The notes: generated by a model from the letters alone, not told the origin. Shown: positions 1 through 9,436, numbered from the stretch's first letter. The stretch: DNA of 20,935 nucleotides from Campylobacterota bacterium (GCA_034661055.1 JAYEKO010000025.1:1-20935), one strand, 5' to 3'. Made by a program: numbers and translations.

Positions 1-1
1 C

Positions 2-238
2 TCACTCGTAGATAAACCTAAATCAGGATTTGCCATTCCTCTTAAAAAATGGCTGGAGGGAGAATTAAATGATTTAGCTCTTAGAAGTCTACAAAGTGAT
101 ATACTACAACATGATGATATCTTTTATCCTGATGTCTTAAAATCTCTTGTTGATGAGTGTCTCAAAAGAGAGATAAGTCAACCAACCTTTATATGGATGA
201 TAATTATCTATGTTATGTGGAGGGAGCAGTTGCAATGA
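2..238 (+). CDS. asnB: Asparagine synthase-like (AsnB-type, glutamine-hydrolysing) amidotransferase, C-terminal part; 5' truncated by window edge
   Basis: Not in ORF track. Frame from base 2 reads SLVDKPKSGFAIPLKKWLEGEL...IWMIIIYVMWREQLQ*. KPKxGFxIPLxxWL and the terminal W-x(7)-W are typical of AsnB C-termini. TGA at 236-238 overlaps the next ATG (ATGA). Confidence 0.85.
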   Translation, partial: SLVDKPKSGFAIPLKKWLEGELNDLALRSLQSDILQHDDIFYPDVLKSLVDECLKREISQPTFIWMIIIYVMWREQLQ

Positions 239-1359
239 AAAAAGTAGCTATTAGTATTAACACGTCATGGAATGTCTTTAATTTTAGACTGGGGCTGTGT
301 AAGGAGTTACAAAAACTAGGTTATGAGATTATTGTTATAGCTCCTAAAGATGAGTACACACAAAAACTTATCAATATAGGATTTACCCATTTCGATATAA
401 CAATACACAATAAAGGTACTAATCCTATCCAAGATGCTATCTTAACCTATAAATACTTTCTTCTTTACAGAAAAATACAGCCTGACATCGCCTTACACTT
501 TACCATTAAGCCTGATATCTATGCATCACTGGCAGCCGGTATTTTACAGATACCTATCATTACCAACATTACCGGCTTAGGAAGTCTCTTTGTTCACGAT
601 AGATTCTCTACAAAAATAGCTAAGCTACTCTACAAAATTGCACTGAATCTTCCAAAAAAAGTTTTTTTTCAAAATATGGAAGATAAAGAGGCCTTTATCT
701 ACCATAAACTTGTCTCAAGAGAACGCACGGGTCTTCTGCCAGGATCAGGTATTGACCCAGAACTCTTTAAACCTCAGAGAAAAACAGCCTATACAGACAG
801 TACCTTTATCTTTTTAATGATTGCAAGATTGGTTAAAGACAAAGGAATTATGGAGTATATTGAAGCGGCACAAATTTTACATGTAAAATATCCCCATGTT
901 GAATTTCAGGTTTTAGGCGCTCTTTATGAAGAGAATCCTACCGCTGTAAGCACTGAAGAGCTTCAATCATGGATTGATAATGGCATTATTAACTACCTAG
1001 GGCATAGTGACCATGTTAGTGATTTAATTAAAGAGTGTGACTGCATTGTACTTCCTTCATATCGCGAGGGTATGTCACGAATTCTTCTAGAGGCTGCAAG
1101 CATGGAAAAACCTATTGTAACCACCAAAGTTCCAGGCTGCATGGAGATTGTTGATGACACAAAAAATGGGTTTCTTTGCCATGTTGCAGATGCTAAAGAT
1201 CTAACCGCTAAAATGGAAAAGATGCTTAATCTCAATTATGATACCATTAAAGCTATGGGCAGGTATAGTAGAGAAAAGATTATGGCTGACTTTGATGAAC
1301 ATATTATTATTGAAAAATATCTTGCTGTAATTCAAGAGGTTCTTCCTGATGCACAATAA
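235..1359 (+). CDS. Glycosyltransferase family 4 (CapM/PglA-like)
   Basis: ARLVKDKG and PSYREGMSRILLEA (EX7E) GT4 motifs. Start moved from 157 to ATG 235 (MKKVAISINTSW) because of the ATGA overlap with the asnB stop and an upstream GGAG. Confidence 0.92.
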   Translation: MKKVAISINTSWNVFNFRLGLCKELQKLGYEIIVIAPKDEYTQKLINIGFTHFDITIHNKGTNPIQDAILTYKYFLLYRKIQPDIALHFTIKPDIYASLAAGILQIPIITNITGLGSLFVHDRFSTKIAKLLYKIALNLPKKVFFQNMEDKEAFIYHKLVSRERTGLLPGSGIDPELFKPQRKTAYTDSTFIFLMIARLVKDKGIMEYIEAAQILHVKYPHVEFQVLGALYEENPTAVSTEELQSWIDNGIINYLGHSDHVSDLIKECDCIVLPSYREGMSRILLEAASMEKPIVTTKVPGCMEIVDDTKNGFLCHVADAKDLTAKMEKMLNLNYDTIKAMGRYSREKIMADFDEHIIIEKYLAVIQEVLPDAQ

Positions 1360-2347
1360 TACCACCAATAGCGGTATCTTTACTATCTCACTTGATTTTG
1401 AGCTCTACTGGGGAATGAGAGACTGCGTTTCACTTAATAATTATAGTAAAAACTTAGATGGTGTCCACAATGCTATCACGACCTTATTAAAACTTTTTAA
1501 AGAGTACAATATTCATGCGACATGGGCACCTGTTGGCTTTTTATATTTTCCTAATGACAAAGAATTAAAACAGAACATTCCTAATATTAGGCCCAATTAT
1601 ACTAACGCTAATTTAAGTCCATACACCTATATTGAAACTAGAGACCTAACTAAGTACCACTTTGCACCCAATCTTCTTAAAAAAATATCTACATGTAAAA
1701 ATCAGGAGCTGGGAAGTCATACGTTCTCACACTTTTATTGCCTTGAAGATGGTCAAACAGAGTCTGAGTTTGAAACAGATCTACGCTGCGCTATGGATAT
1801 TACAAAAAAAGAGTTAGGGATTGAGGTTAAAAGTCTAATATTTCCACGCAATCAGCATAACTACCTATCACTACTTGCTAAATATGAGATATGCTACAGA
1901 GGTACCCAAGAGCACTGGATTTATAAAGCAGTAAAAGAGAAAGAAAATACTCTTTATAAAAGAGGCTTTAAACTGTTAGACTCTTATATTAACCTAACAG
2001 GGCACCACACCTACACTCTTAAAAAAGTATTAGACACTAAGCCTTACAACATTGCTGCAAGTCACTTTCTTAGATCTCAGAATAACTATCCAGATTTTCT
2101 TCAGAAGATGCAACTTAACAGAATTATGAAAGCTATGGATTATGCAGCTAAAAATTGTGAAGTCTACCACCTATGGTGGCATCCTCACAATTTTGGAGTT
2201 AATACGAAGTCAAATATCGACTTCTTAGAGACGATTTTGAGACACTATCAACATCTCCAACAGACGTACAAAATGAGATCTCTTAATATGGGAGAGATCT
2301 CATCCTTGATATCACAAGAGTCTAGTCTTGGACATCAGGATCTGTAG
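1349..2347 (+). CDS. Polysaccharide deacetylase family protein (CE4/NodB-like)
   Basis: TISLDFE, GSHTFSH, FPRNQ and YHLWWHPHNFG motifs. Overlaps the GT4 stop by 11 nt, consistent with an operon. Confidence 0.85.
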   Translation: MHNNTTNSGIFTISLDFELYWGMRDCVSLNNYSKNLDGVHNAITTLLKLFKEYNIHATWAPVGFLYFPNDKELKQNIPNIRPNYTNANLSPYTYIETRDLTKYHFAPNLLKKISTCKNQELGSHTFSHFYCLEDGQTESEFETDLRCAMDITKKELGIEVKSLIFPRNQHNYLSLLAKYEICYRGTQEHWIYKAVKEKENTLYKRGFKLLDSYINLTGHHTYTLKKVLDTKPYNIAASHFLRSQNNYPDFLQKMQLNRIMKAMDYAAKNCEVYHLWWHPHNFGVNTKSNIDFLETILRHYQHLQQTYKMRSLNMGEISSLISQESSLGHQDL

Positions 2348-5300
2348 CGTTTAAGAACTCTTCCACATTGGTAAAACCATCATTGTCTCTATCTTCATTA
2401 CCATCGGCAGCACTGTTTTTATCAAAACCGTTATTGTCTTCATAAATGTCTGACATACCGTCATGGTCACTATCAAGATAACCTGTACCTAATGAGACGG
2501 ATACATAACCTCCAACATCACTCTCTCTGTTAGGAATCACACCCGTACCATTTTTATAATTGTTAATTACTCTCTCATCAATACTGTCGCGGTTACTCAC
2601 CCATACTCCCTCAGCACTGATACGTTTACTCGCACCTGAGTCTGCTAAAATTAAGCTCTCAGCCTCTGAAATACCATACTGTGTAATTGGGAATTTATAT
2701 TGTGGTAACTCTTCTGATCTACGAAATTTACTCTCATCAAGATCAGGCCACTGACGTTGCCAGTACCACTCAGAGATCATCGGCCAGTCATCACCTGTTT
2801 CACTAATATTACGAATCGTACTTACATTATTTTTAATGTAAATTGATGGATCACCTGATGGACCAAAGTCCGGATCTCCTGTCCACCCTTCATCAGCAAT
2901 AGTCTGTTCAGTTCGTACTATAATCTCTCTTAGGTAGGTTAGGTTTGTTCCTGTTAAAGGACCTGCTTTGTATTTATTACCAATAATATCAACACTAACA
3001 CCGCCTGAAATTCCTGTCGCCCATTCACTCCAGTTGTAGATCATGTTATTAATAACTTTAGCTGTTTTTACTTTGATTAATGGCAATCTATGCGTAAAGT
3101 TAATAAAAGCGTTATGCTGTACTGTAATATCTCTCATATCATTGGTATTTGTATTACTACCCGTAAGAAGACCACAACTTGCTGTTGAGTGCATTAAACC
3201 TTCAGAAATAAGGTTCCATGACCATGTAATATCATGCATTGGATTTTCATCTGACCACATACCAATATTTTCATCATTTGACCAACTGATAGAGCAGTGG
3301 TCAACAATAACATTGTATGCACCATCAGTTACACTAACAGCATCGGCACCTTCTGCAGGATTAAGCTCATTTCCTGTTCTCATTTTAAGATATTGAATCA
3401 CAACATCGTGCGTACCAATTTCTAAGGCTTGTCCACGAACAGTAATACCACCCTCAGGAGCACTCTGACCCGCAATAGTAATATACGGATTTACAATGTC
3501 TAAAGAGCGTCCATCAAAATTAATGATACCTGCAACTTTAAAGATAACAATTCTAGGTCCAACCGCCTCAACTGCCTCTCTAAGACTTCCCGGCCCATCA
3601 CTATTAAGATTAGTGACCTCGATAATACGACCACCACGACCACCTACAGCTATAGCACCCGCACCTTCAGCACCATAAAAAGCAGGAGCCTCTTTAGGAA
3701 CAAGCGGAGCTTCCACAGGATTGGTACCTTCAATATCAGTTTCTGTATCAGGAGTAACAGCAGGAACCAAAGCAGCAGTTCGTGTTGCAATTGTTTGTGT
3801 ACTGCTTTGCGCCTCTTCAATAACATAGAAAGCACCCTCTTTATTACTATCTACAATCACCTCTTTATAGCCAGGAACATTGACTGAGATATTCTCTTGG
3901 TCCCCTTCTGGTGATTGAACGTAGAGTAGCCACTCTCTATTAGGTGCTTCACCTAGACTAAGAGCCACTGCCCATACATTAATATAGTCACCGGTATTCC
4001 ACGGCTGTCTTGGGTTAATATCCACATCAAGCAAAAACCAGCGATTAGAGTTAACATACTGTGATGGAATAGCATTATCGTTTACCCCATTGTAATCTGC
4101 ATTGGCGACTAAAATACCCTGACTCCAGAACTGATGTAGAAGTTCATTGTTATGAATCATCTCTACAGAATCTACAATCTCTTGAAAATACTTTTTAATG
4201 TCGTCACCATTTTCTATCCAGTCAACTGACTTATCAATTGATTCACGAATAACACTTGGTCTTGTCAACCACAGTGCTAGTTGAATAAACCCTCTATACT
4301 CTTCTGGTGACTCCATAGTCCAATTATCTGAAAGAGAGAGCTGTTTAGCAAAATTTGGATTAACACCTCGAGCTTCATTATAGATAAACTCAATATTATT
4401 TGCCCGCGTATGAGGTCCTATTACTGCAGAAGCTGATTCACCATCATTGGAATCAATATGAAATTCACTTACAACTGCATCAGCTGTCTCACTCCAGACA
4501 CTCAGGCTTTCATCACTATAAGTAGCACTCTCTGCCCAACTAGATCTCTGTCCCATAGCGACAGGCACCTCATTGTAACTGACAAATTTAACGCTCTCTT
4601 TCCATGCATTACTCTCTAGGCTGTCTATAAACCCATTTTTAAGTTGTGAATACTTATTTTTCCAAGCCTCACTCATAACACTACGTTTAAAATCAGCATC
4701 ACGATAATTGGCATTATTACTATAAGCATTCATATAACGCTTAGAGTCTTCCGCGTAAATCCAAAAAAGCTTTGAAGCTTTCTTGTCTGCAACGAACATC
4801 ACCAATGGAGGATTAGGATACCACTCTTGAATTTTCTCCAAAATGCTACTGCCAGCCCAATACTCACCAGCATTGTACCACTGTCTGTCTAACGCAAAAG
4901 GACTTAACTCTGCTATTCTGTCTCCATTTAAGTCAACAACTGCAGGATCTCTCAAGCCTCTCTTGTTGCTAAAAGTACTATCTTGTAGCAGTGCCTCTTC
5001 AAATGGTGTAGTAATAAAGACTAACGGCAAATTAAGTGCTGCTGCTCTTAAAATCGATGCTTTATAATACTCCTGCGGGACCACATCATCCCAGTAAGGA
5101 TCAAGATGCCAACTTGGAAGAACATGAAGACCATCTTCAATCAACGAAAGCATATAATCAGGGTCCATTCCGTTGGTATTTTCTGGATATCCGGCATTCC
5201 AATGTGCTACAATTGGTAACGCACCCTCTTGCGCATCTGAAAAAGATTTTAACAGCTCATCTGTTATTGCTTGTGCTGTTGCCTCAGCGCTAAGCACAAG

Positions 5301-5534
5301 AACATACTCCCCTGCTGCTGTAGGCTCACCATCAATCAACTCATCTAACTCTTGTAAAGTCACTCTGCTTATCGCAGACATTGACTTGTAGTAATCTAAA
5401 CGCCTCACATCTGTCTGATGCTCTTTAGCCACCCTTTTCTCTTCAGTTACCTCCACACTCTTAGGAGACTTAACAGAACAACCTGTAAACAGAAGAAAAA
5501 CTAATCCAATGAATGTAGTAATTAAAAACTTCAT
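2322..5534 (-). CDS. Large lipoprotein: uncharacterised N-terminal domain + PL1 pectate-lyase-like beta-helix + C-terminal Asp-rich Ca-binding (TSP3-like) repeats
   Basis: Start at ATG 5534 after AAAGGAG. Lipobox LLFTGC. C-terminal part has AFYGAEGAG..GGRGG..VTNLNSDGPGSLR, IVDHCSISWSNDE, HRLP, then DSDHDGMSD..DRDNDGFTNVEEFLN. Confidence 0.8.
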   Translation of the reverse strand: MKFLITTFIGLVFLLFTGCSVKSPKSVEVTEEKRVAKEHQTDVRRLDYYKSMSAISRVTLQELDELIDGEPTAAGEYVLVLSAEATAQAITDELLKSFSDAQEGALPIVAHWNAGYPENTNGMDPDYMLSLIEDGLHVLPSWHLDPYWDDVVPQEYYKASILRAAALNLPLVFITTPFEEALLQDSTFSNKRGLRDPAVVDLNGDRIAELSPFALDRQWYNAGEYWAGSSILEKIQEWYPNPPLVMFVADKKASKLFWIYAEDSKRYMNAYSNNANYRDADFKRSVMSEAWKNKYSQLKNGFIDSLESNAWKESVKFVSYNEVPVAMGQRSSWAESATYSDESLSVWSETADAVVSEFHIDSNDGESASAVIGPHTRANNIEFIYNEARGVNPNFAKQLSLSDNWTMESPEEYRGFIQLALWLTRPSVIRESIDKSVDWIENGDDIKKYFQEIVDSVEMIHNNELLHQFWSQGILVANADYNGVNDNAIPSQYVNSNRWFLLDVDINPRQPWNTGDYINVWAVALSLGEAPNREWLLYVQSPEGDQENISVNVPGYKEVIVDSNKEGAFYVIEEAQSSTQTIATRTAALVPAVTPDTETDIEGTNPVEAPLVPKEAPAFYGAEGAGAIAVGGRGGRIIEVTNLNSDGPGSLREAVEAVGPRIVIFKVAGIINFDGRSLDIVNPYITIAGQSAPEGGITVRGQALEIGTHDVVIQYLKMRTGNELNPAEGADAVSVTDGAYNVIVDHCSISWSNDENIGMWSDENPMHDITWSWNLISEGLMHSTASCGLLTGSNTNTNDMRDITVQHNAFINFTHRLPLIKVKTAKVINNMIYNWSEWATGISGGVSVDIIGNKYKAGPLTGTNLTYLREIIVRTEQTIADEGWTGDPDFGPSGDPSIYIKNNVSTIRNISETGDDWPMISEWYWQRQWPDLDESKFRRSEELPQYKFPITQYGISEAESLILADSGASKRISAEGVWVSNRDSIDERVINNYKNGTGVIPNRESDVGGYVSVSLGTGYLDSDHDGMSDIYEDNNGFDKNSAADGNEDRDNDGFTNVEEFLNATDPDVQD

Positions 5535-5637
5535 CTCAACTCCTTTATCATCTAACATAATTAGATGTTTTATATTACTTAGAATACCACAATAGTGTTA
5601 AGGGTATTTAAAGTTTTATATTTAATCTGTTTCTAGA

Positions 5638-5643
5638 TACAAT
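5638..5643 (+). promoter_or_regulatory. Putative sigma70 -10 box (TACAAT) for the PHP-domain gene
   Basis: TACAAT with AT-rich sequence upstream, 28 nt before ATG 5672. Its position argues against the ORF-track start at 5645. Confidence 0.45.
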
Positions 5644-5671
5644 AATGCAAAACTCTAAGCTAGGTAAGTTT

Positions 5672-6988
5672 ATGTATCGATTTATTTTAATTCTCGCGCT
5701 CTTTGCTATTATTTTAACAGCGCCTGCCACTGCCGATAAATATAAAATTATTACTCATACTACAAACACGATGCAAGAGAGTCAAGTGTTAATGAAGACC
5801 TTAAAAAAACGCTTAAATGAAACCTCAGAATTTATAAAACTAAAAGAGAAATGTACCTTTAAAATCAACTGTAGAGAATCTGGTAAATATTGCATTGTAG
5901 TCGTAGAGCCTATTGGAAACAATAGAATGCTCAAAAAACTTTTTAAAATTGTCAAAAGTATCTCTAAAGACTCTTTTGTTAGCAGATACACTCCGACAAT
6001 TAAAACAGTAATAAAAGAAGAAAAAACAGAGCCTGTAACTCCAAAAAAGTCGTTATTAAAAGTGAAGAGCAGCACAGAGCCACTAAGTAAAAAAACACTT
6101 CAACAAAAAAAATATCCTAAATCTCCTCAAAGAGAAACTACAAGATGGTATGAGAGCATTGAATTTATAGCTCTTGTTTTAGTGCTTATAGTACTCTTGT
6201 TTTCTCTATTTTTCTTTAAGAGCAGAGAGAAAAAAGGAGCTAACAATATTGATACTAACCTACTTCACATCAACGATACTAGCAGTAAGTCACTATTAGT
6301 TGACATTCAGGCACATATCATTCCTGGTCTTAATCATGACTATGGTCCCAACTCCGTTGAGGAGGCTATTGAACTAATTAAAGCACTCTATAATATTGGC
6401 TACAAAAAAATTATTACAACACCGAGTTTATCAAATAGAGATATTCCTCAGAGCTCAGAACTTATTTCAAATGCACTATTGACTCTTCGTAGAGTACTCA
6501 AAGAGAATAAAATTGATATTACCATAGAAGCAGCCGCGCTATATGAACTAGACACCGCACTTATGACATCAATAGAGAATAAAAGTATTTTAAGTTTTGG
6601 ACAGAAATATATTGTTGTAGAAGCCACCCAAGAGATGAATTATGAACTTTTAAAGCAGTATATACTCAAAATTCATAATGCCGGCTATAAGATAATTCTA
6701 GCACATCCTGAAAATTATACATGTATGCAAAACAGTCTTGAAAAGTATAAAGAGATTAAAAATATGGGGGTACTCTTTGAGCTTGACATTAACTCTCTAA
6801 CACAAACCGTTACAGATAACGTCATTAAGCACAATACACAACTACTTATTGAACACGGTCTTATTGACCTACTTGGAAGCAATGTTCATAAACTCTACCA
6901 TATTGACCGAATTAAGTCTATTCAAGACTCTAATGTATATAAAAACGTATTTAAGAGCAATACTATTTTAAATAACTACCTATACTAA
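5672..6988 (+). CDS. Membrane-anchored CpsB/CapC-like PHP tyrosine-phosphatase homologue with degenerate active site and N-terminal extracytoplasmic SPOR-like domain
   Basis: Signal peptide MYRFILILALFAIILTAPATA; TM segment FIALVLVLIVLLFSLFFF followed by KSREKK. C-terminal domain aligns to CpsB/CapC by VDIQAHIIPG, IITTP, ILAHPE, LLGSNVH. Adjacent to wzc. Confidence 0.8.
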   Translation: MYRFILILALFAIILTAPATADKYKIITHTTNTMQESQVLMKTLKKRLNETSEFIKLKEKCTFKINCRESGKYCIVVVEPIGNNRMLKKLFKIVKSISKDSFVSRYTPTIKTVIKEEKTEPVTPKKSLLKVKSSTEPLSKKTLQQKKYPKSPQRETTRWYESIEFIALVLVLIVLLFSLFFFKSREKKGANNIDTNLLHINDTSSKSLLVDIQAHIIPGLNHDYGPNSVEEAIELIKALYNIGYKKIITTPSLSNRDIPQSSELISNALLTLRRVLKENKIDITIEAAALYELDTALMTSIENKSILSFGQKYIVVEATQEMNYELLKQYILKIHNAGYKIILAHPENYTCMQNSLEKYKEIKNMGVLFELDINSLTQTVTDNVIKHNTQLLIEHGLIDLLGSNVHKLYHIDRIKSIQDSNVYKNVFKSNTILNNYLY

Positions 6989-6995
6989 GAAAATG

Positions 6996-9311
6996 TTACT
7001 TCTTGCTCTTAGCATGATAGTATCCATACTCGTATCCATACTTTAACCTTTTTGTTAATGGAACACTATTTAAAATAATTCCAACATTTTTCAAATTGTA
7101 CTTCTCAACAAAAACATTCAACTCTTCTATTGAATCTTTTTTAGAAAAGTTGGCTTTAAAAACAAAAAGATTCATATCCGACATATTCATTAGAATCATA
7201 CCATCAGTAACTACATTAACTGGCGGTGAGTCTAGAACCACATAGTCATACTTATGCAGTAAATTATCTATAGAAAACTTAAACTCTTTTAGCATAATCA
7301 GCTCTGAAGGGTTTGGTGGAATCGGTCCAGCTGGAATAACATCTAAAGAGTCATACGCACTCTTTTGAATCACTTCATCTATTGTATTTCTTCCCGACAG
7401 CAGTGTACTCATACCAATCTCATTTTTAAGATTAAGTCGTTTATGTACTGTTGATCGTCTCATATCTAGATCAATAAGCAGAACCTTTTTACTTCCTTGA
7501 GCAATAACTTTTGAAAGCTCCACAGAAATTGTTGTTTTCCCCTCTGATGGTATTGATGACGTAATAGTTACAAGTTTGGATGAACTTTCTGCCTGAATAA
7601 AGTCTAAGTTTGTTCTAACCACCCGTAAAGACTCTAGGAATGGATCAATTTTTTTATCGGAGTCCAGCAGTGGAATAGATCCGTATACTGGTATCTTTGT
7701 TCTTTTTTCAATCTCTTTGACATTTTTTAACGTATCGTCTAAGATCATTCTAATAAAAGCATAAACAACTCCAGATATAAATCCTAAGATTACACCAAGT
7801 GCAATTATAAGGAGTCGATTTGGTTTCATCGGTTTTTCTGGCAATAATGCGCTGTCAATAACTCTAGTCTCTGAGACTGTAGATGAAGCGACAATGGCTG
7901 TTTCAGCTCTTTTTTGCAGTAAAAATGAGTATATTTTCTCATTTACCAAGAAGTTTCTAGTTAGTTGTGAGAGTTCACGTTCTTGCTGTGGAAAGGAGCT
8001 CATTGTGCTCTTATGCTGTTTAATCATCCAGTTTAATGTAGATCTTCGTTTTTTAATGCGGTCAATAGTGCTGCGAATTTTTTGCTGTAATGTGCTAGCA
8101 AGTGATAATAATTTTTCACTCTCTTTTAAGACATCAGGGTGCAGTTCAGTGTAATCAACCAAAAGTGAGTTACGATAAGTCGTCACCTCCTGTATCTTTA
8201 CAACTAAGTCGTCAATGCTTTCACTAATTTTACGATTTGACCCCAAATCAATTCCAGAGATGTCATCATGTGTTTTCATATATGACAATATGTTTTCTAA
8301 AATACTCAACTGCATATTTACTTCAGATCGCTCACTCTCCAAAGCACTTAGTTTTTCTGCTGTTAATTGTGCTTTTTCCCCGACATTAATAACAACATTG
8401 GAGACCTTATATTTTTGTAAATTTTCGGCTGAACTTTGGAGTGTTTTATTAATAGCCTCCAGCTGTCTATCTAGAAAGTAGAGCGTCTTGTTAGCACTTT
8501 GGGTTTTTACATGTAAAGTCTCTTGTAGATAGGAATTTGCAATAGTATTAACAATCTCCTGAGCTCTTAAGGCAACGGAATCATTAAAACGTAACCGAAC
8601 AACAATACTCTTTTTTGATAGGGTAGATACCTGAAGTCGCTTTGCTATAAACTTATGCATTTTCTCATTAGGAAGGATACTAAAAGAGTATTTCTCACTG
8701 TCTAGCTGATGTATTTTCTGTATGGTAATGTTAAACCAAGGAGTTACAACAGGCTCACCAAATGAGTGAACTGCATCATAAGAGACGAGCTTATTATCTC
8801 TACTTTCACCATCAAGATAGTGTTTAATATTGTATTTTATTGTCTCAATAATACCTGGTTCTAAAATCAATCGAAACCGATCGGTACTAATTGGTTTTAC
8901 AGTAAATTCAGCACCATGCTGCTGAGATGCAATAAACTTAGGCGTCACAACAAAAGGAGCGTCTTTGTAGAGTTCAAGCTTTTTTAGGTTTTTCTCTTCA
9001 TAATAACGTATTCCTAAGTTTAAATTTTCTAATGCTTTGGATATTATCAACCGCGATTTAAGCATGTCAATTTCATGATCAATATTATTGCTGTCTAACC
9101 CTAGGGCTAAAGACATAAAGTCCCTAGAACTCTTTTCATGCTCCTTGTATATCTTAATAGTTGTCTCTGATTGAAAGACATCTGGAGAAAAATAACTAAT
9201 TATTGCCGAAAATAAAAAACCAAACAACACCGCAAGAAAAATCGATCCTTTAAAATGGCCCAATACTTTCAAAAAATCATTGTGTTTTGATTCTCTTTTA
9301 TACCTATTCAT
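6996..9311 (-). CDS. wzc: Wzc-family polysaccharide co-polymerase / BY tyrosine autokinase
   Basis: Two TM segments flank a coiled-coil periplasmic region. Walker A SSIPSEGKTT, A' LLIDLDMRR, B VVLDSPP, and C-terminal Tyr cluster YGYEYGYY. Start at ATG 9311 after GAAGGAG. Confidence 0.93.
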   Translation of the reverse strand: MNRYKRESKHNDFLKVLGHFKGSIFLAVLFGFLFSAIISYFSPDVFQSETTIKIYKEHEKSSRDFMSLALGLDSNNIDHEIDMLKSRLIISKALENLNLGIRYYEEKNLKKLELYKDAPFVVTPKFIASQQHGAEFTVKPISTDRFRLILEPGIIETIKYNIKHYLDGESRDNKLVSYDAVHSFGEPVVTPWFNITIQKIHQLDSEKYSFSILPNEKMHKFIAKRLQVSTLSKKSIVVRLRFNDSVALRAQEIVNTIANSYLQETLHVKTQSANKTLYFLDRQLEAINKTLQSSAENLQKYKVSNVVINVGEKAQLTAEKLSALESERSEVNMQLSILENILSYMKTHDDISGIDLGSNRKISESIDDLVVKIQEVTTYRNSLLVDYTELHPDVLKESEKLLSLASTLQQKIRSTIDRIKKRRSTLNWMIKQHKSTMSSFPQQERELSQLTRNFLVNEKIYSFLLQKRAETAIVASSTVSETRVIDSALLPEKPMKPNRLLIIALGVILGFISGVVYAFIRMILDDTLKNVKEIEKRTKIPVYGSIPLLDSDKKIDPFLESLRVVRTNLDFIQAESSSKLVTITSSIPSEGKTTISVELSKVIAQGSKKVLLIDLDMRRSTVHKRLNLKNEIGMSTLLSGRNTIDEVIQKSAYDSLDVIPAGPIPPNPSELIMLKEFKFSIDNLLHKYDYVVLDSPPVNVVTDGMILMNMSDMNLFVFKANFSKKDSIEELNVFVEKYNLKNVGIILNSVPLTKRLKYGYEYGYYHAKSKK

Positions 9312-9360
9312 ACAGACTCCTTCTTCAGGAAAGCCCAATTGCATTTTTGGACTTTAATTT

Positions 9361-9366
9361 ATTGTA
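9361..9366 (-). promoter_or_regulatory. Putative -10 box (TACAAT) for wzc
   Basis: Minus-strand TACAAT about 50 nt upstream of ATG 9311 in an AT-rich divergent intergenic region. Confidence 0.4.
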
Positions 9367-9436
9367 CATAAAAAATGATTAAACTTTATCAATTATTAAC
9401 TATAGGGCACCTATAAACTTTTCTTAACCTTGATGG

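Noticed and set aside
157..234. N-terminal extension of the GT4 ORF, and similar extensions for the lyase, PHP, wzc, lspA and rpsT ORFs
   Set aside because: Downstream ATGs have better RBS, overlap or promoter context and match where family homology or the signal peptide begins; 157-234 lies inside asnB.
654..669. A7/T8 homopolymers in GT4 (also T8 in coaE near 15650) as phase-variation tracts
   Set aside because: Short A/T runs are expected in AT-rich DNA. Frames are intact and no long poly-G/C tracts were seen.
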